Positions 46,289 through 56,519 of a stretch of 64,000 nucleotides of DNA are shown piece by piece. The notes under the pieces were generated by a model, which worked only from the letters and a program-made list of their open reading frames with translations, ran no database searches and was not told the DNA's origin. A program made the translations under genes and the position numbers. The stretch covers positions 2,080,001 through 2,144,000 of the forward strand of contig CATQHZ020000001.1 of NCBI GenBank assembly GCA_958296135.2. Direction: 5' to 3'. How positions within the stretch are numbered: position 1 is the first letter of the stretch; the number at the start of each line of letters is the position of its first letter. Origin of the DNA: an uncultured Poribacteria bacterium (GTDB lineage Bacteria > Poribacteria > WGA-4E > WGA-3G).

Positions 46289-49200
46289 CTATAGCCGATT
46301 ATAGCCGTAGCCTTTTCCCGTAATTTCAAAAAGAGCGGCCGCGGCTTGGAAGTGAATTTCCGCGTCCGAATCTTCAAGAACGGACTCAAGCAGCGGTACT
46401 GCACTCGCATTTTTCGCATCGCCGAGGGCCTTGATGGCATCAAGCCGGAAGCCTCTCGTGATTTGCGCTTCATGCAACGCGGTGAGTTTTGCTATAAGTG
46501 CGGCTGTCGCTTTGTCCGTTCCGATTTTTCCAAGCGCTCGCGAGGCATCTCTGCGGATTTCGACGTGATTGTCATCGTTGTTCATCGCTTCAATAAGCAC
46601 ATCAGTAGTTGCAACGTCAGCCAATTCACCGAGGCCCTGCGTAGCGGCGCGCCGGACATCTTTATTCTCTTCGGTTTCCCCACTCATAATCTGAATCAGG
46701 TCAGCTGTCAGCGCGGCAAAGCCGCCTTGCCCAATGCTGAGCGCGGTGGCTTTGCGGATATCGACATCCGGATCTGCCAACCGCTGTTTGATGAGTGTGA
46801 CATCCATCGCCTCTTTGCCTGCTTTGCTTCGGCTTAAAGCCACCATGGCGGCGTTGCGAACCTGATGGTTCTCCCATTCATCGGCGGCGCGTTCCGCCAT
46901 TTTCGAGGCAACCACTGCGGGCAAGTTTAATTTTTTCGCTGCGTTGACGAAAACCTCCCAACTCCAGTTCCGCTTCAATTCATCAACGCCGCTCGCTCGC
47001 CGGTTTGCCGCATCTTCAAGTGCGACGATATATTCGGTGTTGTCAACGAGCCGTTTGCCAACTGCTTCTGCAGCAAGAGGGCCCCCAATTTCGCCGAGAG
47101 CTGTCGCCGCTTTGGTGCGCGCCGATGCCTTTGCCAATGCATCCGTGCTGGCATCCAACGCTATCCGCTTGTCTTCGAGGATAGCAACCAGATGGGGGAC
47201 TGCCGTTTCGCTCGCAAGTTTCCCCAGGGCGACGATGGCATTGTTGGCGATGTCCCCGATGCGGATATTTAATGCCCGAATGAGCACTGCCTCAGCGGTT
47301 TTATCACCAATGTTACCTAGTGCGGCAGCGGCAGCGGCTCGGACATCATCCGCCTCTAACGGGTTCTCAACCATGTCACTGAGTTTCGAGACAGCTTTCG
47401 CGTCCTTAAGTGTGCCGAGAGCGGCTGCAGCTCGCAAGCGAATCTCTGCATTTTCATTTTTAAGCGCGGCCAGCAGAGGCACTGCAGCGCGTTCATCTTT
47501 CAGCGCGCCGAGCGAAGCCGCCGCGGCCGCCCGAATAGATTTCATCTCATCCCGGTTTTCAAGAACGGCAATTAAGGGTTCAACCGTCCGCCGCTCCTTA
47601 AAACCGCCAAGTGAGCCCGCCGCCCGTTTTCGGACAACATAACTCGGATGTTTCAATTCCTCTAACATGGCATCAACGGCAGGTTTTTTATGAAGGCTCC
47701 CGATTACATGCACGAGTGCCCATCGCACCCACTCGTCATCTGCAGACTTGAGCGCGTCCATCGCGAACCCCGATGTCGCCTCATTGCCATCTTTAATTAA
47801 TGCACCTAGCACCTCATTTTGCACGGCTAGGACTTCATAGCCATCGTCGAAACTGCCCAACCCCTTCTTGACAATATCAACGAGGCCTTTATCGCCTGCT
47901 TGTATCTCTCGGAGTGCCTTCGCGGCTTCAAAACGGGTGGTTTCATACTTGTCGCTTTTCAGCACATCTAACAGCGGTGCTACCACCTTCTGCCCTTTGA
48001 TTTTGCCGAGTGCGATTGCTGATTCTTGCCGAACCACACCCTGTTTGTCTTTTTTCAGCGCGGTAACCAGCGGCGCGATGACAGCATCCCCATTGACTTC
48101 GCCTAATGCCCATGCAGCACTGCGCCGAACGGTTGCGCGTTCATCATCTTCCAATGCACCAATCAAGGATTCAACAACCGTCGCCTTTTTCGCGACCAGG
48201 GGCTCGTCCCTACCAATGATGCCGAGTGTTCGCGCGACTTCGCTTCGCACGAGACTCGGAAAAGGCTTTAACTCACCCCACGTCCGATAGTTGGCACGTG
48301 GGTAATCCGCTGTCCACAGAACTTTCAAGGAGTCAACCTGAGCTCGGAGCGCGTCAAGCGTTTTATACTCGCGCTTCATGTGTCGCTGGAAATCGGAGAT
48401 TTCATCAAATCGCGTCGACAAAACCCAGAGGAGCACGGGAATGGTTGCATCTGTCTCAATTCGGCTCAACACTTTCACGGCATTCGCCCGGATGACAGGG
48501 CTGGTTTCGTCGCTCAGCATCAGCAGGAGCATCGGTTGCGTAGCGTTCGCAGGTTTGAGCTGCCACAGCGCGGCAATCGCTGCCGAGCGCACCGTTTCGC
48601 GTCGCTGCTTGTCCATTGAGATGACAATCAATTTTTGCACAGTCTCTTCCGTCGCTACACCGATGTTTCCGAGTGCCTCTGCCGCGTTGGTAACTGTCGT
48701 ATCGTCATAAGTCAGAGCATTTGTCAGTGAGACAACAGCCCGATTGTTTTCGCCTCGTGCCCGCATATTTCCCAGTCCCGTCGCCGCGAGTGCCTTGACT
48801 TCCTTGTGAGCATCGTTATCCAACGCCTCGATCAGTGGTGCTATCGCGCGCCTATCGCCAAGAGTGCCGAGTGCTTCTGCAACCTTTATCCGTATCGCAT
48901 CGGTGTCATTTTTGAGGGCATCCTGCATGGCTGGGACAGCCACGCCGCGCATCGCAACGAGTGCCGCTAATGCCTCGGCTTTCAAATCTTCATCCGCTAA
49001 CAGTTCTATCAGCGGACGAACTCCCGCCTCAGCCTTAAGGTGCCCTAGCGTCTGAATCGCCGCGGCCTGCGCGCTAATCCGATACTTTTTCATCCACGAA
49101 TCGTCAATATAGGCACTCGCGATGTATCGGTATTCGCTAGCAGTCCCAGTACCCTCGTCAGGAATCAGGTTTCGCGCACCTGTCTCCAGCACCTCAAGCA

Positions 49201-50161
49201 ACGGGGCAACCGCTGCATCCCCGATGCGGTTGAGCGAATCTATCGCTGCCGCTTTTACATAACTGTTTGAATCGGCGAGGAGCCGGACGAGCTCGGGAAC
49301 AGCACTCTCGGCTTGGCGAGCACCGAGGAGTTTGACTGCGTGCATCCGAACCTGCGCACTGTTGTTTTTCAGTGCCATTTGCAGTGCTTGGGAAGTTCGG
49401 CCCAGGTGCTCCGAACCTATGAGTTGCTCAAGCGCGGCAACGGCTCGATATGCAACAGCCGATGCCTCATCTGTTTTGGCGAGCACCGACTCAAAGACCG
49501 GAATGAGTTCCGCGTTCCGCATTGCGCCGAGGTAGCGGACAGCCTCTTTTCGGATGCCCGCGTCTGTATGTTGCGCCGCCTGAGTCAGCAGCTCCGTGAC
49601 CGGTTTTTCATCACCTAGTTTCGCGGCGAGTTGCGCAACTGTGGCGCGTGCAGCCGGTTGATAGCACTTTTCCGCCTCTAACAATGCGATAACTACTATA
49701 GAATCGGCGTGTGCAATCAATTCGGGGAGAAGCTCGGCGCGTTTTTCCACCGCCCCAGCGAGAGACGCAGCGAAGGTCCCAGAAATAGAATTCCGCGAAC
49801 GGATGAGCCGTTCCTGCCGGTCAAGTTCGTCAGAATCCGGGTCTTCCTGCAGAGAGATAGTGAGGATGTCGGCGTTCACTGTCTGAAGGTGCGCTACCGA
49901 TTGCGCGATGGCTTTGTGCCAACTGGCCGCGTCGGTACTTGTGCGCAGTGTAAGGAACGTACCCACAAGCTGCGCTTCCTGATTCGCGGCATCGTTCGTC
50001 GCTGCCTTTTGAATGGCTGTTTGTGCTGTCGCGTAATCGCCGCCGGCAATCGCGCCTCGCGCCTCAAGAATGTCCTTATCCTCTTTTTCGCCACACCCGA
50101 TGAGAGCCGCAATCGCTACGGCGAGGGTGAGACGTATACAAATTATCGCGTATTTTTTCAT
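46289..50161 (-). CDS. Large HEAT/PBS-lyase repeat lipoprotein
   Basis: Lipobox LIGC after MKKY; more than 20 VR..AA.ALG repeats. Confidence 0.88.
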   Translation of the reverse strand: MKKYAIICIRLTLAVAIAALIGCGEKEDKDILEARGAIAGGDYATAQTAIQKAATNDAANQEAQLVGTFLTLRTSTDAASWHKAIAQSVAHLQTVNADILTISLQEDPDSDELDRQERLIRSRNSISGTFAASLAGAVEKRAELLPELIAHADSIVVIALLEAEKCYQPAARATVAQLAAKLGDEKPVTELLTQAAQHTDAGIRKEAVRYLGAMRNAELIPVFESVLAKTDEASAVAYRAVAALEQLIGSEHLGRTSQALQMALKNNSAQVRMHAVKLLGARQAESAVPELVRLLADSNSYVKAAAIDSLNRIGDAAVAPLLEVLETGARNLIPDEGTGTASEYRYIASAYIDDSWMKKYRISAQAAAIQTLGHLKAEAGVRPLIELLADEDLKAEALAALVAMRGVAVPAMQDALKNDTDAIRIKVAEALGTLGDRRAIAPLIEALDNDAHKEVKALAATGLGNMRARGENNRAVVSLTNALTYDDTTVTNAAEALGNIGVATEETVQKLIVISMDKQRRETVRSAAIAALWQLKPANATQPMLLLMLSDETSPVIRANAVKVLSRIETDATIPVLLWVLSTRFDEISDFQRHMKREYKTLDALRAQVDSLKVLWTADYPRANYRTWGELKPFPSLVRSEVARTLGIIGRDEPLVAKKATVVESLIGALEDDERATVRRSAAWALGEVNGDAVIAPLVTALKKDKQGVVRQESAIALGKIKGQKVVAPLLDVLKSDKYETTRFEAAKALREIQAGDKGLVDIVKKGLGSFDDGYEVLAVQNEVLGALIKDGNEATSGFAMDALKSADDEWVRWALVHVIGSLHKKPAVDAMLEELKHPSYVVRKRAAGSLGGFKERRTVEPLIAVLENRDEMKSIRAAAAASLGALKDERAAVPLLAALKNENAEIRLRAAAALGTLKDAKAVSKLSDMVENPLEADDVRAAAAAALGNIGDKTAEAVLIRALNIRIGDIANNAIVALGKLASETAVPHLVAILEDKRIALDASTDALAKASARTKAATALGEIGGPLAAEAVGKRLVDNTEYIVALEDAANRRASGVDELKRNWSWEVFVNAAKKLNLPAVVASKMAERAADEWENHQVRNAAMVALSRSKAGKEAMDVTLIKQRLADPDVDIRKATALSIGQGGFAALTADLIQIMSGETEENKDVRRAATQGLGELADVATTDVLIEAMNNDDNHVEIRRDASRALGKIGTDKATAALIAKLTALHEAQITRGFRLDAIKALGDAKNASAVPLLESVLEDSDAEIHFQAAAALFEITGKGYGYNRL

Positions 50162-50238
50162 AGAATGTAGCCGCAACACCGCTTCGGAAAGAATGTCGCC
50201 TCCTTCTTCGTTGTTACCAGGGCATCCGGGAGCGTAGT

Positions 50239-53200
50239 CTACCCTGCAATTACCAATTTCGTCAGGTCAGCTACGGCATAGATGCGTCTCGCAATGCGGT
50301 TTAGCAACGCCAACCGGTTCGCGCGCAAATCGGGTTCCTTTGCCATAACCAGAACATCGTCAAAAAACCGATCGATTGCCGGCTGTAGTTCCGCTAGATG
50401 TGTGAGCAGTTGTGAAGCATCGTTCTGCTCAAAGTGTGGTTCCGCGGCGAAGATACATGCGTGCAGGCTTTTCTCCGCGTCGTCTATCAACAGCGTTTCA
50501 TCCACATCCATCGGCGGTGTCTCCGGCAAGATTCGCAACACCCGATTGAGCGCATTATACACCACTTCAAAGTTTGAAGTCAACCGAAAACTTGCCACTG
50601 CATCGGCGCGTTCAAAAATGTTAGGCACCTCTATCTCGCCCACCGCCAGCACTGCCGCCGCGACATCGGGCGCGTAGCCGTGTGTCTGAAGGATGCCGCG
50701 CCTGCCTAGAAAGCGTTCCTTGATAAAACCGAGCACGCTTGTTTCCGTATCCGCAGCCAAATCAATCGCATAAAGCGACAGTGCCTTTTTGACGACAGCA
50801 TCCAATGAGAGCGTCAGCTGCCTGTCTTGAAGGATGCGAAGCGTGCCGAGGGCGTGCCGCCGTAAGGAATACGGGTCCTGCGAACCAGTCGGGCGTTCCT
50901 CAATGCCGAAGTATCCGACGATAGTATCTAATTTGTCCGCAATGGACAGCAAGGCCCCTCCCTCTGTCTCCGGCGGGGGGGTATCCGCGCCAAGGGGTTG
51001 GTAGTGTTCGGCAATAGCGGTGGCAACAGGTTCTGCTTCGCCAGCGTTTTGCGCGTAGTATCTGCCCATAACCCCTTGCAACGTGGGAAATTCAATCACG
51101 AGTTGCGTTGTCAAGTCCGCCTTGCAAAGCCATGCGGCGCGCTCGGCATCGCGACATGTCGTCTCCTCAACTTGTAGCTCTTCACCGATGAACTGAACTA
51201 ACGCTTTGAGCCTTTCTGTCTTTTCTAGCAACGAACCGAGTTTTGCATGGAAAACAACCGCGTCTAACCGTTCCACTTTATCGGCGAGGCTACTCTTCTG
51301 GTCTTCACGATAGAAGAACTCTGCATCGTTGAGGCGTGCCCGCAAGACGCGTTCATTTCCGTGACGGACACCGTCAAAATTCCCATCTGTTCCGTTGGAA
51401 ACCGTAATGAACGCCGCTGCGAGTTCCGTGTCGTTTTTCCACATCGGGAAATAGCGTTGATGCTTCTTCATCGCCGTGATTAATACTTCAGGCGGCAGTG
51501 CTAAGTGCGACTCGCTAAAACTGCCCACGAGCGGCTGTGGGTTTTCTACCAAATAGGTTACCGTGTCTAGCAATTCAGTATCCAATTTTGGCAAGCATCC
51601 CTCAGATGCTAAAATGCCCGTGACTTGGGCGGCAATCGTATCGCGCCGTTCCTCCGGGTTTACGATGACATTCGCGTCTCGCAGCTGCGCGGCGTAGGTT
51701 TCTAGCGAAGCGGCGGCCAACGTTATCGGTTCGGGGTGCAGCGAGCGATGTCCATAGGTGAGTCGTCCGGCGGCCAACGCACCATAATTGCACTCCACAA
51801 CTTCTTCTCCAAGGAGTGCCACAAGCCATCGGATAGGACGTGCAAACCGCTTCCGTTTTGATTCCGCCTCTGAAAACCAGCGCATTGTTTTCAGGAAGCG
51901 AAGTTTCTCAAGCCATCCCGACAGGAGAGTTTTCAATACTTCTCGCGTTGGTAATCCCTCTTCTTGTTTGGAAGTGGCGACGTATTCGCCGCGCGGCGTT
52001 TCAACGATACGCAGCGCGGCGAGTGCAACGCCTTGCGTCTTCGCGAAACCGATTGCCGCCTTCGTCGGTTCGCCGTTTTCATCGTAAGCGATACGTTTCG
52101 GCGGGCCGACTACCTCCGTCTCCTTGCGCTCTTGGAGCGTAGCGATACCTTTTACGGAGAGTGTAATGCGGCGTGGCGTGCCAAAGGTTTTCACCTCGTC
52201 AAATCCTATTCGGTGCTCTGTCAGCGCGTCTTCTGCCATGAGCCGCAGCTGTTCAAGTGCCGGCGGGACGTAACTTGCCGGTATCTCTTCCGTGCCGATT
52301 TCAAATAGGAGCTCTGTCGTATCATCGGTAGGTATGACAAAATCGGAACCAGCGGACCCTCCTACTGGGGCGGGCTTTCCTACCGCAGGAGACTCATCCC
52401 ATTTTCCAAGGAGCGGATGCTCCATCTCTTCGCGTTGTTTGACATAAGCGCGCGCTATTCGCTGTGCAAGCCGCCGCACCCGTTCAATGTAACTCACGCG
52501 CTCAGTAACGCTGATGACACCGCGTGCATCCAGCATGTTGAACGTGTGCGAACACTTCAGCACATAATCTGCCGCGGGTAGCACTAATCCCGCGTTTAAA
52601 CAGGCGTATGTCTCCTTTTCGTAAGTGCTGAACAACTGAAAAAGCATGTCCACATCGGCGCGCTCAAAGTTGTAGATAGAGTGTTCCACCTCGCTTTGCC
52701 GATAGACATCGCCGTAATTGACATGTTCGTTCCATCGGATGTCAAAGAAGTTGTCCACATCCTGCAAATAGAGTGCGATGCGCTCAAGGCCGTAGGTAAT
52801 CTCGGCGCAAATCGGATCGAGTTCAATGCTCCCCATCTGCTGGAAATAGGTGAACTGCGTCACCTCCGCGCCGTTCCACCACACCTCCCATCCGAGTCCA
52901 GAGGCACCGAGCGTCGGCGATTCCCAGTCATCTTCGACGAAACGGATATCGTTCTGGCGCGGCGAGATGCCGAGGTGATAGAGGCTCTCAAGATAGAGCG
53001 GTAGCACATTCTCCGGCGCGGGCTTCAGGATTACCTGATATTGGTAATACGCCCCGAGCCGGAAGGGGTTTTCAGCGTATCGGCCATCGGTCGGCCGCCG
53101 CACGGGCTCTACGTACGCGACTTGCCACGGTTCTGGCCCGAGGCAGCGCAGAAAGGTGGCCGGATTAAAGGTGCCGGCACCCACTTCAACGTCGTAAGGT

Positions 53201-53268
53201 TGCTGGATAACGCATCCGTAATCCGCCCAAAATTTTTCTAATGTTAAAATAATTTCTTGGAAAGTCAT
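50239..53268 (-). CDS. glyQS: Glycine--tRNA ligase, fused alpha+beta subunits
   Basis: Alpha: [33 protein letters not shown]; beta: [32 protein letters not shown]; single ORF. Confidence 0.95.
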   Translation of the reverse strand: MTFQEIILTLEKFWADYGCVIQQPYDVEVGAGTFNPATFLRCLGPEPWQVAYVEPVRRPTDGRYAENPFRLGAYYQYQVILKPAPENVLPLYLESLYHLGISPRQNDIRFVEDDWESPTLGASGLGWEVWWNGAEVTQFTYFQQMGSIELDPICAEITYGLERIALYLQDVDNFFDIRWNEHVNYGDVYRQSEVEHSIYNFERADVDMLFQLFSTYEKETYACLNAGLVLPAADYVLKCSHTFNMLDARGVISVTERVSYIERVRRLAQRIARAYVKQREEMEHPLLGKWDESPAVGKPAPVGGSAGSDFVIPTDDTTELLFEIGTEEIPASYVPPALEQLRLMAEDALTEHRIGFDEVKTFGTPRRITLSVKGIATLQERKETEVVGPPKRIAYDENGEPTKAAIGFAKTQGVALAALRIVETPRGEYVATSKQEEGLPTREVLKTLLSGWLEKLRFLKTMRWFSEAESKRKRFARPIRWLVALLGEEVVECNYGALAAGRLTYGHRSLHPEPITLAAASLETYAAQLRDANVIVNPEERRDTIAAQVTGILASEGCLPKLDTELLDTVTYLVENPQPLVGSFSESHLALPPEVLITAMKKHQRYFPMWKNDTELAAAFITVSNGTDGNFDGVRHGNERVLRARLNDAEFFYREDQKSSLADKVERLDAVVFHAKLGSLLEKTERLKALVQFIGEELQVEETTCRDAERAAWLCKADLTTQLVIEFPTLQGVMGRYYAQNAGEAEPVATAIAEHYQPLGADTPPPETEGGALLSIADKLDTIVGYFGIEERPTGSQDPYSLRRHALGTLRILQDRQLTLSLDAVVKKALSLYAIDLAADTETSVLGFIKERFLGRRGILQTHGYAPDVAAAVLAVGEIEVPNIFERADAVASFRLTSNFEVVYNALNRVLRILPETPPMDVDETLLIDDAEKSLHACIFAAEPHFEQNDASQLLTHLAELQPAIDRFFDDVLVMAKEPDLRANRLALLNRIARRIYAVADLTKLVIAG

Positions 53269-53415
53269 TTTTTCGTCGGGCGCAAGCGTTTGATATGCAG
53301 TGTCTGTGCAAGCACGCTTCCCTACGTAACCCGTCATCGTCGTTGACGATGACTATGTTCTTTGGCTAATCTGCTTGCGCGAGTTTTCTCCATGAAAATG
53401 GATTGATTCAGATTC

Positions 53416-53444
53416 ATTGTAGCATAACGGGTATCTTTAATCAA
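53416..53444 (-). promoter_or_regulatory. Sigma70 promoter for glyQS
   Basis: TTGATT-17 bp-TACAAT with TGn. Confidence 0.65.
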
Positions 53445-53476
53445 GAGTTTTTTAAGAACGCTTGCTCAAGCCTAGC

Positions 53477-53881
53477 CTAGTAAGGCCGAATCTCAATGGT
53501 TCCCGTTGAAAACGAGATGTTGATATCAAAACGTTCCAAAAAGTTCAAGCCTAACAACCTTCTCACTATTGACTCGCTAGGTAAATCATGACAGAGGACA
53601 TCAATATCCTCAACAGTTTCACCAATTGCTGTTAATTGACGCACAGTGATGACTTTCGAGAAGATGCGACCGCCACCGGTGGTAATCGGTCTAACCGCCT
53701 TTGGATTTGACAGGTCATATCCTAAGGCCGCAGCGACCTGGGGCGGAATAAGGGTAGTCGAAGCACCCGTGTCTAAACCTACAGCCAGATCTCGGAAGGT
53801 CCCCGCGCTGATGCCATCAACCCGAAGCCGGACGATAATTAACCGAGACAGAGAGATGCGGCTAAACGATATGCATGCCAT
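53477..53881 (-). CDS. Retropepsin-like (clan AA) aspartic protease, copy 2
   Basis: LDTGAS, LLGLNFL. Confidence 0.85.
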   Translation of the reverse strand: MACISFSRISLSRLIIVRLRVDGISAGTFRDLAVGLDTGASTTLIPPQVAAALGYDLSNPKAVRPITTGGGRIFSKVITVRQLTAIGETVEDIDVLCHDLPSESIVRRLLGLNFLERFDINISFSTGTIEIRPY

Positions 53882-54108
53882 TACAATATGTACTCCATCC
53901 CTTCCGGCATCCTGCCGGTATAATGTATCGCCGCGCCACCTTCATAGCGCATAGAGGCATCGTGAATATCATCGCAGGATTCACTATAGGTAGCGACTAT
54001 CCCCGATAGCAACTCTGTATTTTCGCTGTATTCACAATCAACGATAAACAGCCATTTATCGGGGAACTTCAGTTCCATCTCTTCTAGCGTCAGCCGTTCG
54101 TTCGTCAT
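53881..54108 (-). CDS. Small acidic protein coupled to the retropepsin, copy 2
   Basis: RBS AAGGAG; TAATG overlap with the protease; FPDKWLFIVD. Confidence 0.8.
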   Translation of the reverse strand: MTNERLTLEEMELKFPDKWLFIVDCEYSENTELLSGIVATYSESCDDIHDASMRYEGGAAIHYTGRMPEGMEYIL

Positions 54109-54492
54109 CGTTACGTACTCCTTTGAAAAAGGGATAGCCGGGAGTCGCGACTACCGACAGAAGTTGATTATAGGATACCACATTGATGCCAGGATTGTCA
54201 ACCTTCTTTAAACGATTCGCAGAATGAGTTCGTTTGCAAATTTTCGTCCGATGCCGACCTGTCGGAGTTTCCTTTGAACGCAGGCGAGCTTGACCTACGC
54301 GGACGGTGCAGCGACTTTTCACGGTGAGAGGGTTCCTCAAAAACGGAAAACTAAATAGTCCTGACAATTCGCAGAACGAGTTCGTCCGCAGTTTTATGAT
54401 TTTCCCACTCGCATCAGTATGGCTCAAGAACTACCATTTCAGCTAGACGCGCGAGGTGCGAACACTGCTCCGCCCCCCCCTTCGGCACCGCC

Positions 54493-54897
54493 TCAGCGCG
54501 GTCTGGCCTCAATCGTGTTTGTTGAGAACAATATCTCAATGTCAAAACGTTCCAAAAAGTTCAAGCCTAACAGTCCTTTTATCATTGAACTTGCCGGCAA
54601 GTCCAGACATACAACATCAATATCCTCAACAGTTTCACCAATTGCTGTTAATTGACGCACAGTGATGACTTTCAGGGAAATAATCCCATTGCCGGTGAGG
54701 ATTGGCATCATTTTTTTTGGATTTGCTAGGTCGTACCCTAAATCCAAGGCGACTTTTGTCGGAATAGCGGTGAACGTAGCTCCCGTATCTAAACCCACAG
54801 GAAAAGAGCGGGACTCGTTTGCGGTGATGCCGCCGACGTTAACCTGAACCGTAATCAACTGTGATGGATGAAGGCGGTTAAAGGAGATACGCGCCAT
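54493..54897 (-). CDS. Retropepsin-like aspartic protease, copy 1
   Basis: LDTGAT, GLLGLNFL. Confidence 0.85.
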   Translation of the reverse strand: MARISFNRLHPSQLITVQVNVGGITANESRSFPVGLDTGATFTAIPTKVALDLGYDLANPKKMMPILTGNGIISLKVITVRQLTAIGETVEDIDVVCLDLPASSMIKGLLGLNFLERFDIEILFSTNTIEARPR

Positions 54898-55124
54898 TAT
54901 AACAGATACCCCATATCCTCGGGCATTTTACGCGTAGAATATATCGCAAGATGTCCGTTGTAGTGCTTCAAAGCATCTTCAATCTCCGCACTCGATTTGC
55001 TATGCGCTACAACTCGGCCCGCGAGAACTTCAATATTTTCGTCGAATTCACACTCGACGATGAGCAGCCATGCATCTGGGAATCGCGCCTCTATCTCTTC
55101 AATTGTCAGCCGTTCGTTCGTCAT
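54897..55124 (-). CDS. Small acidic protein coupled to the retropepsin, copy 1
   Basis: RBS AAGGAGG; TAATG overlap; FPDAWLLIVE..G.VVAHS. Confidence 0.8.
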   Translation of the reverse strand: MTNERLTIEEIEARFPDAWLLIVECEFDENIEVLAGRVVAHSKSSAEIEDALKHYNGHLAIYSTRKMPEDMGYLL

Positions 55125-55227
55125 CGTTATGTCCTCCTTTGAAAAAGGGATAGCCGGGAGTCGCGACTACCGACAGAAGTTGATTATAGGATACCACATT
55201 GATGCCAAGATTATCAACCTTTTTAAA

Positions 55228-56307
55228 TCAGAATTTCAGTCCCAAACTGACCCGGTGCGCTTGCTGCAGATGCCCAAAATCCGCGTATGCATAGTCCAGA
55301 GAAAGCAGCGTCGCGGCAACATTCAGATGTAGGCCCAACCCAAGCGTCAACCCCTCTTCGTCGTTGCTTCGCTCGGGGCCCAAGCGGAACTTGTAGCCGG
55401 CGCGAATAGCAGCCATCTTCCGATACCAATACTCCATGCCGAGGTTGATGCGCTCGCTATTGTCATTTGGATGGTTGCCATCAAGCGCGACGGTGAGAAA
55501 ATTGCTCCCGCTATCAACCAGATCATAGGCGACACCGAGCCGGAAGTTAGACGGCAACGGAAAATCCACGGTTTCTAACGCCGCCTTGCGCGACGGATTC
55601 GTCGTATCAGGGAACGGACGATAGTCGGCAGTTCTCAAGTCACCAGCCTCTTCGGCACCGGTCTCCAGGGATGGGCCGCTGAAACGCATCTCCGGGCCGA
55701 AGTTGGAGAAAGACATGCCGATGCGCAAACTTCGCCAGCCGGTATGATATAACGTCCCGACATCAATTGCAACGCCGCGCGCGCTTTCCCGATGAATCTG
55801 CTGATGGATGTATTTGGCGTTCACACCGAAAGAGAGCCTCACACCAGATTCTCGTTCATAGAGCTGCCGAGAATACGCCACCGATACCGCTGCATCCCAC
55901 GCAGAAAACCAGAGCCCGGTGCCATCCGGCTTCGCCAGCGTCGTGATTTCCATGTCGGGCACGTTGAGGAAAGTCACGCTTGCGCCGAGTGTCCCGATTT
56001 TTTCTATCGGTGTGGCGAACGCAAGATAGTTGTAGCGGATATCAGCGAGCCAGATTGTGTGCGTGTCCGAAAAGCTGGTCTTCGTGAGTTGGCTGAGCCC
56101 CGCTGGGTTCCAGTAAATCGTAGTCACGTCATTGGCGAGCGCGCCGAATGCGCCGCCTAAACTGTCCACCCGCGCGCCGGGGCCAATCTTCAAAAACTGC
56201 GCACCGGCAGTACCGACGTTGGTTACGGCATGTGCGCGCCTACAAAGCGCGCCTACCGGTAGTGTTAACAAGAGAGTAAATAGGAGAACATAAGTTGTGT
56301 TGCGCAT
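55228..56307 (-). CDS. PorV/PorQ (UPF0164) family outer membrane barrel
   Basis: GTAGAQFLKIG.GAR..LGGAF.A.AND...YWNPAGL, LP..FRLG, DYAYADFG.L...HRVSL..KF; RBS GGAG before ATG 56307. Confidence 0.85.
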   Translation of the reverse strand: MRNTTYVLLFTLLLTLPVGALCRRAHAVTNVGTAGAQFLKIGPGARVDSLGGAFGALANDVTTIYWNPAGLSQLTKTSFSDTHTIWLADIRYNYLAFATPIEKIGTLGASVTFLNVPDMEITTLAKPDGTGLWFSAWDAAVSVAYSRQLYERESGVRLSFGVNAKYIHQQIHRESARGVAIDVGTLYHTGWRSLRIGMSFSNFGPEMRFSGPSLETGAEEAGDLRTADYRPFPDTTNPSRKAALETVDFPLPSNFRLGVAYDLVDSGSNFLTVALDGNHPNDNSERINLGMEYWYRKMAAIRAGYKFRLGPERSNDEEGLTLGLGLHLNVAATLLSLDYAYADFGHLQQAHRVSLGLKF

Positions 56308-56519
56308 GTGCATCTCCACATTTATGAAACAAGTGTGTCTAGGCCCTTCGCACGCCAGCGTTGCATCCAACAAGTTCGTTGGGTGGTAGAAGCGAGCGCG
56401 AGTCTTGCAACCACGGTGAAAGTGATGCAAGCTTGCAACAACGGCGCAAGCAGCGCTGGTAAGAGGATGCAATTGCAAAATGCATGCTTATTACATCCGT
56501 TAGGGCCATACAGAAAAAC

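Noticed and set aside
53270-53415. T-box riboswitch for glyQS
   Set aside because: No T-box consensus (GGTGGNACCGCG) or terminator/antiterminator seen.
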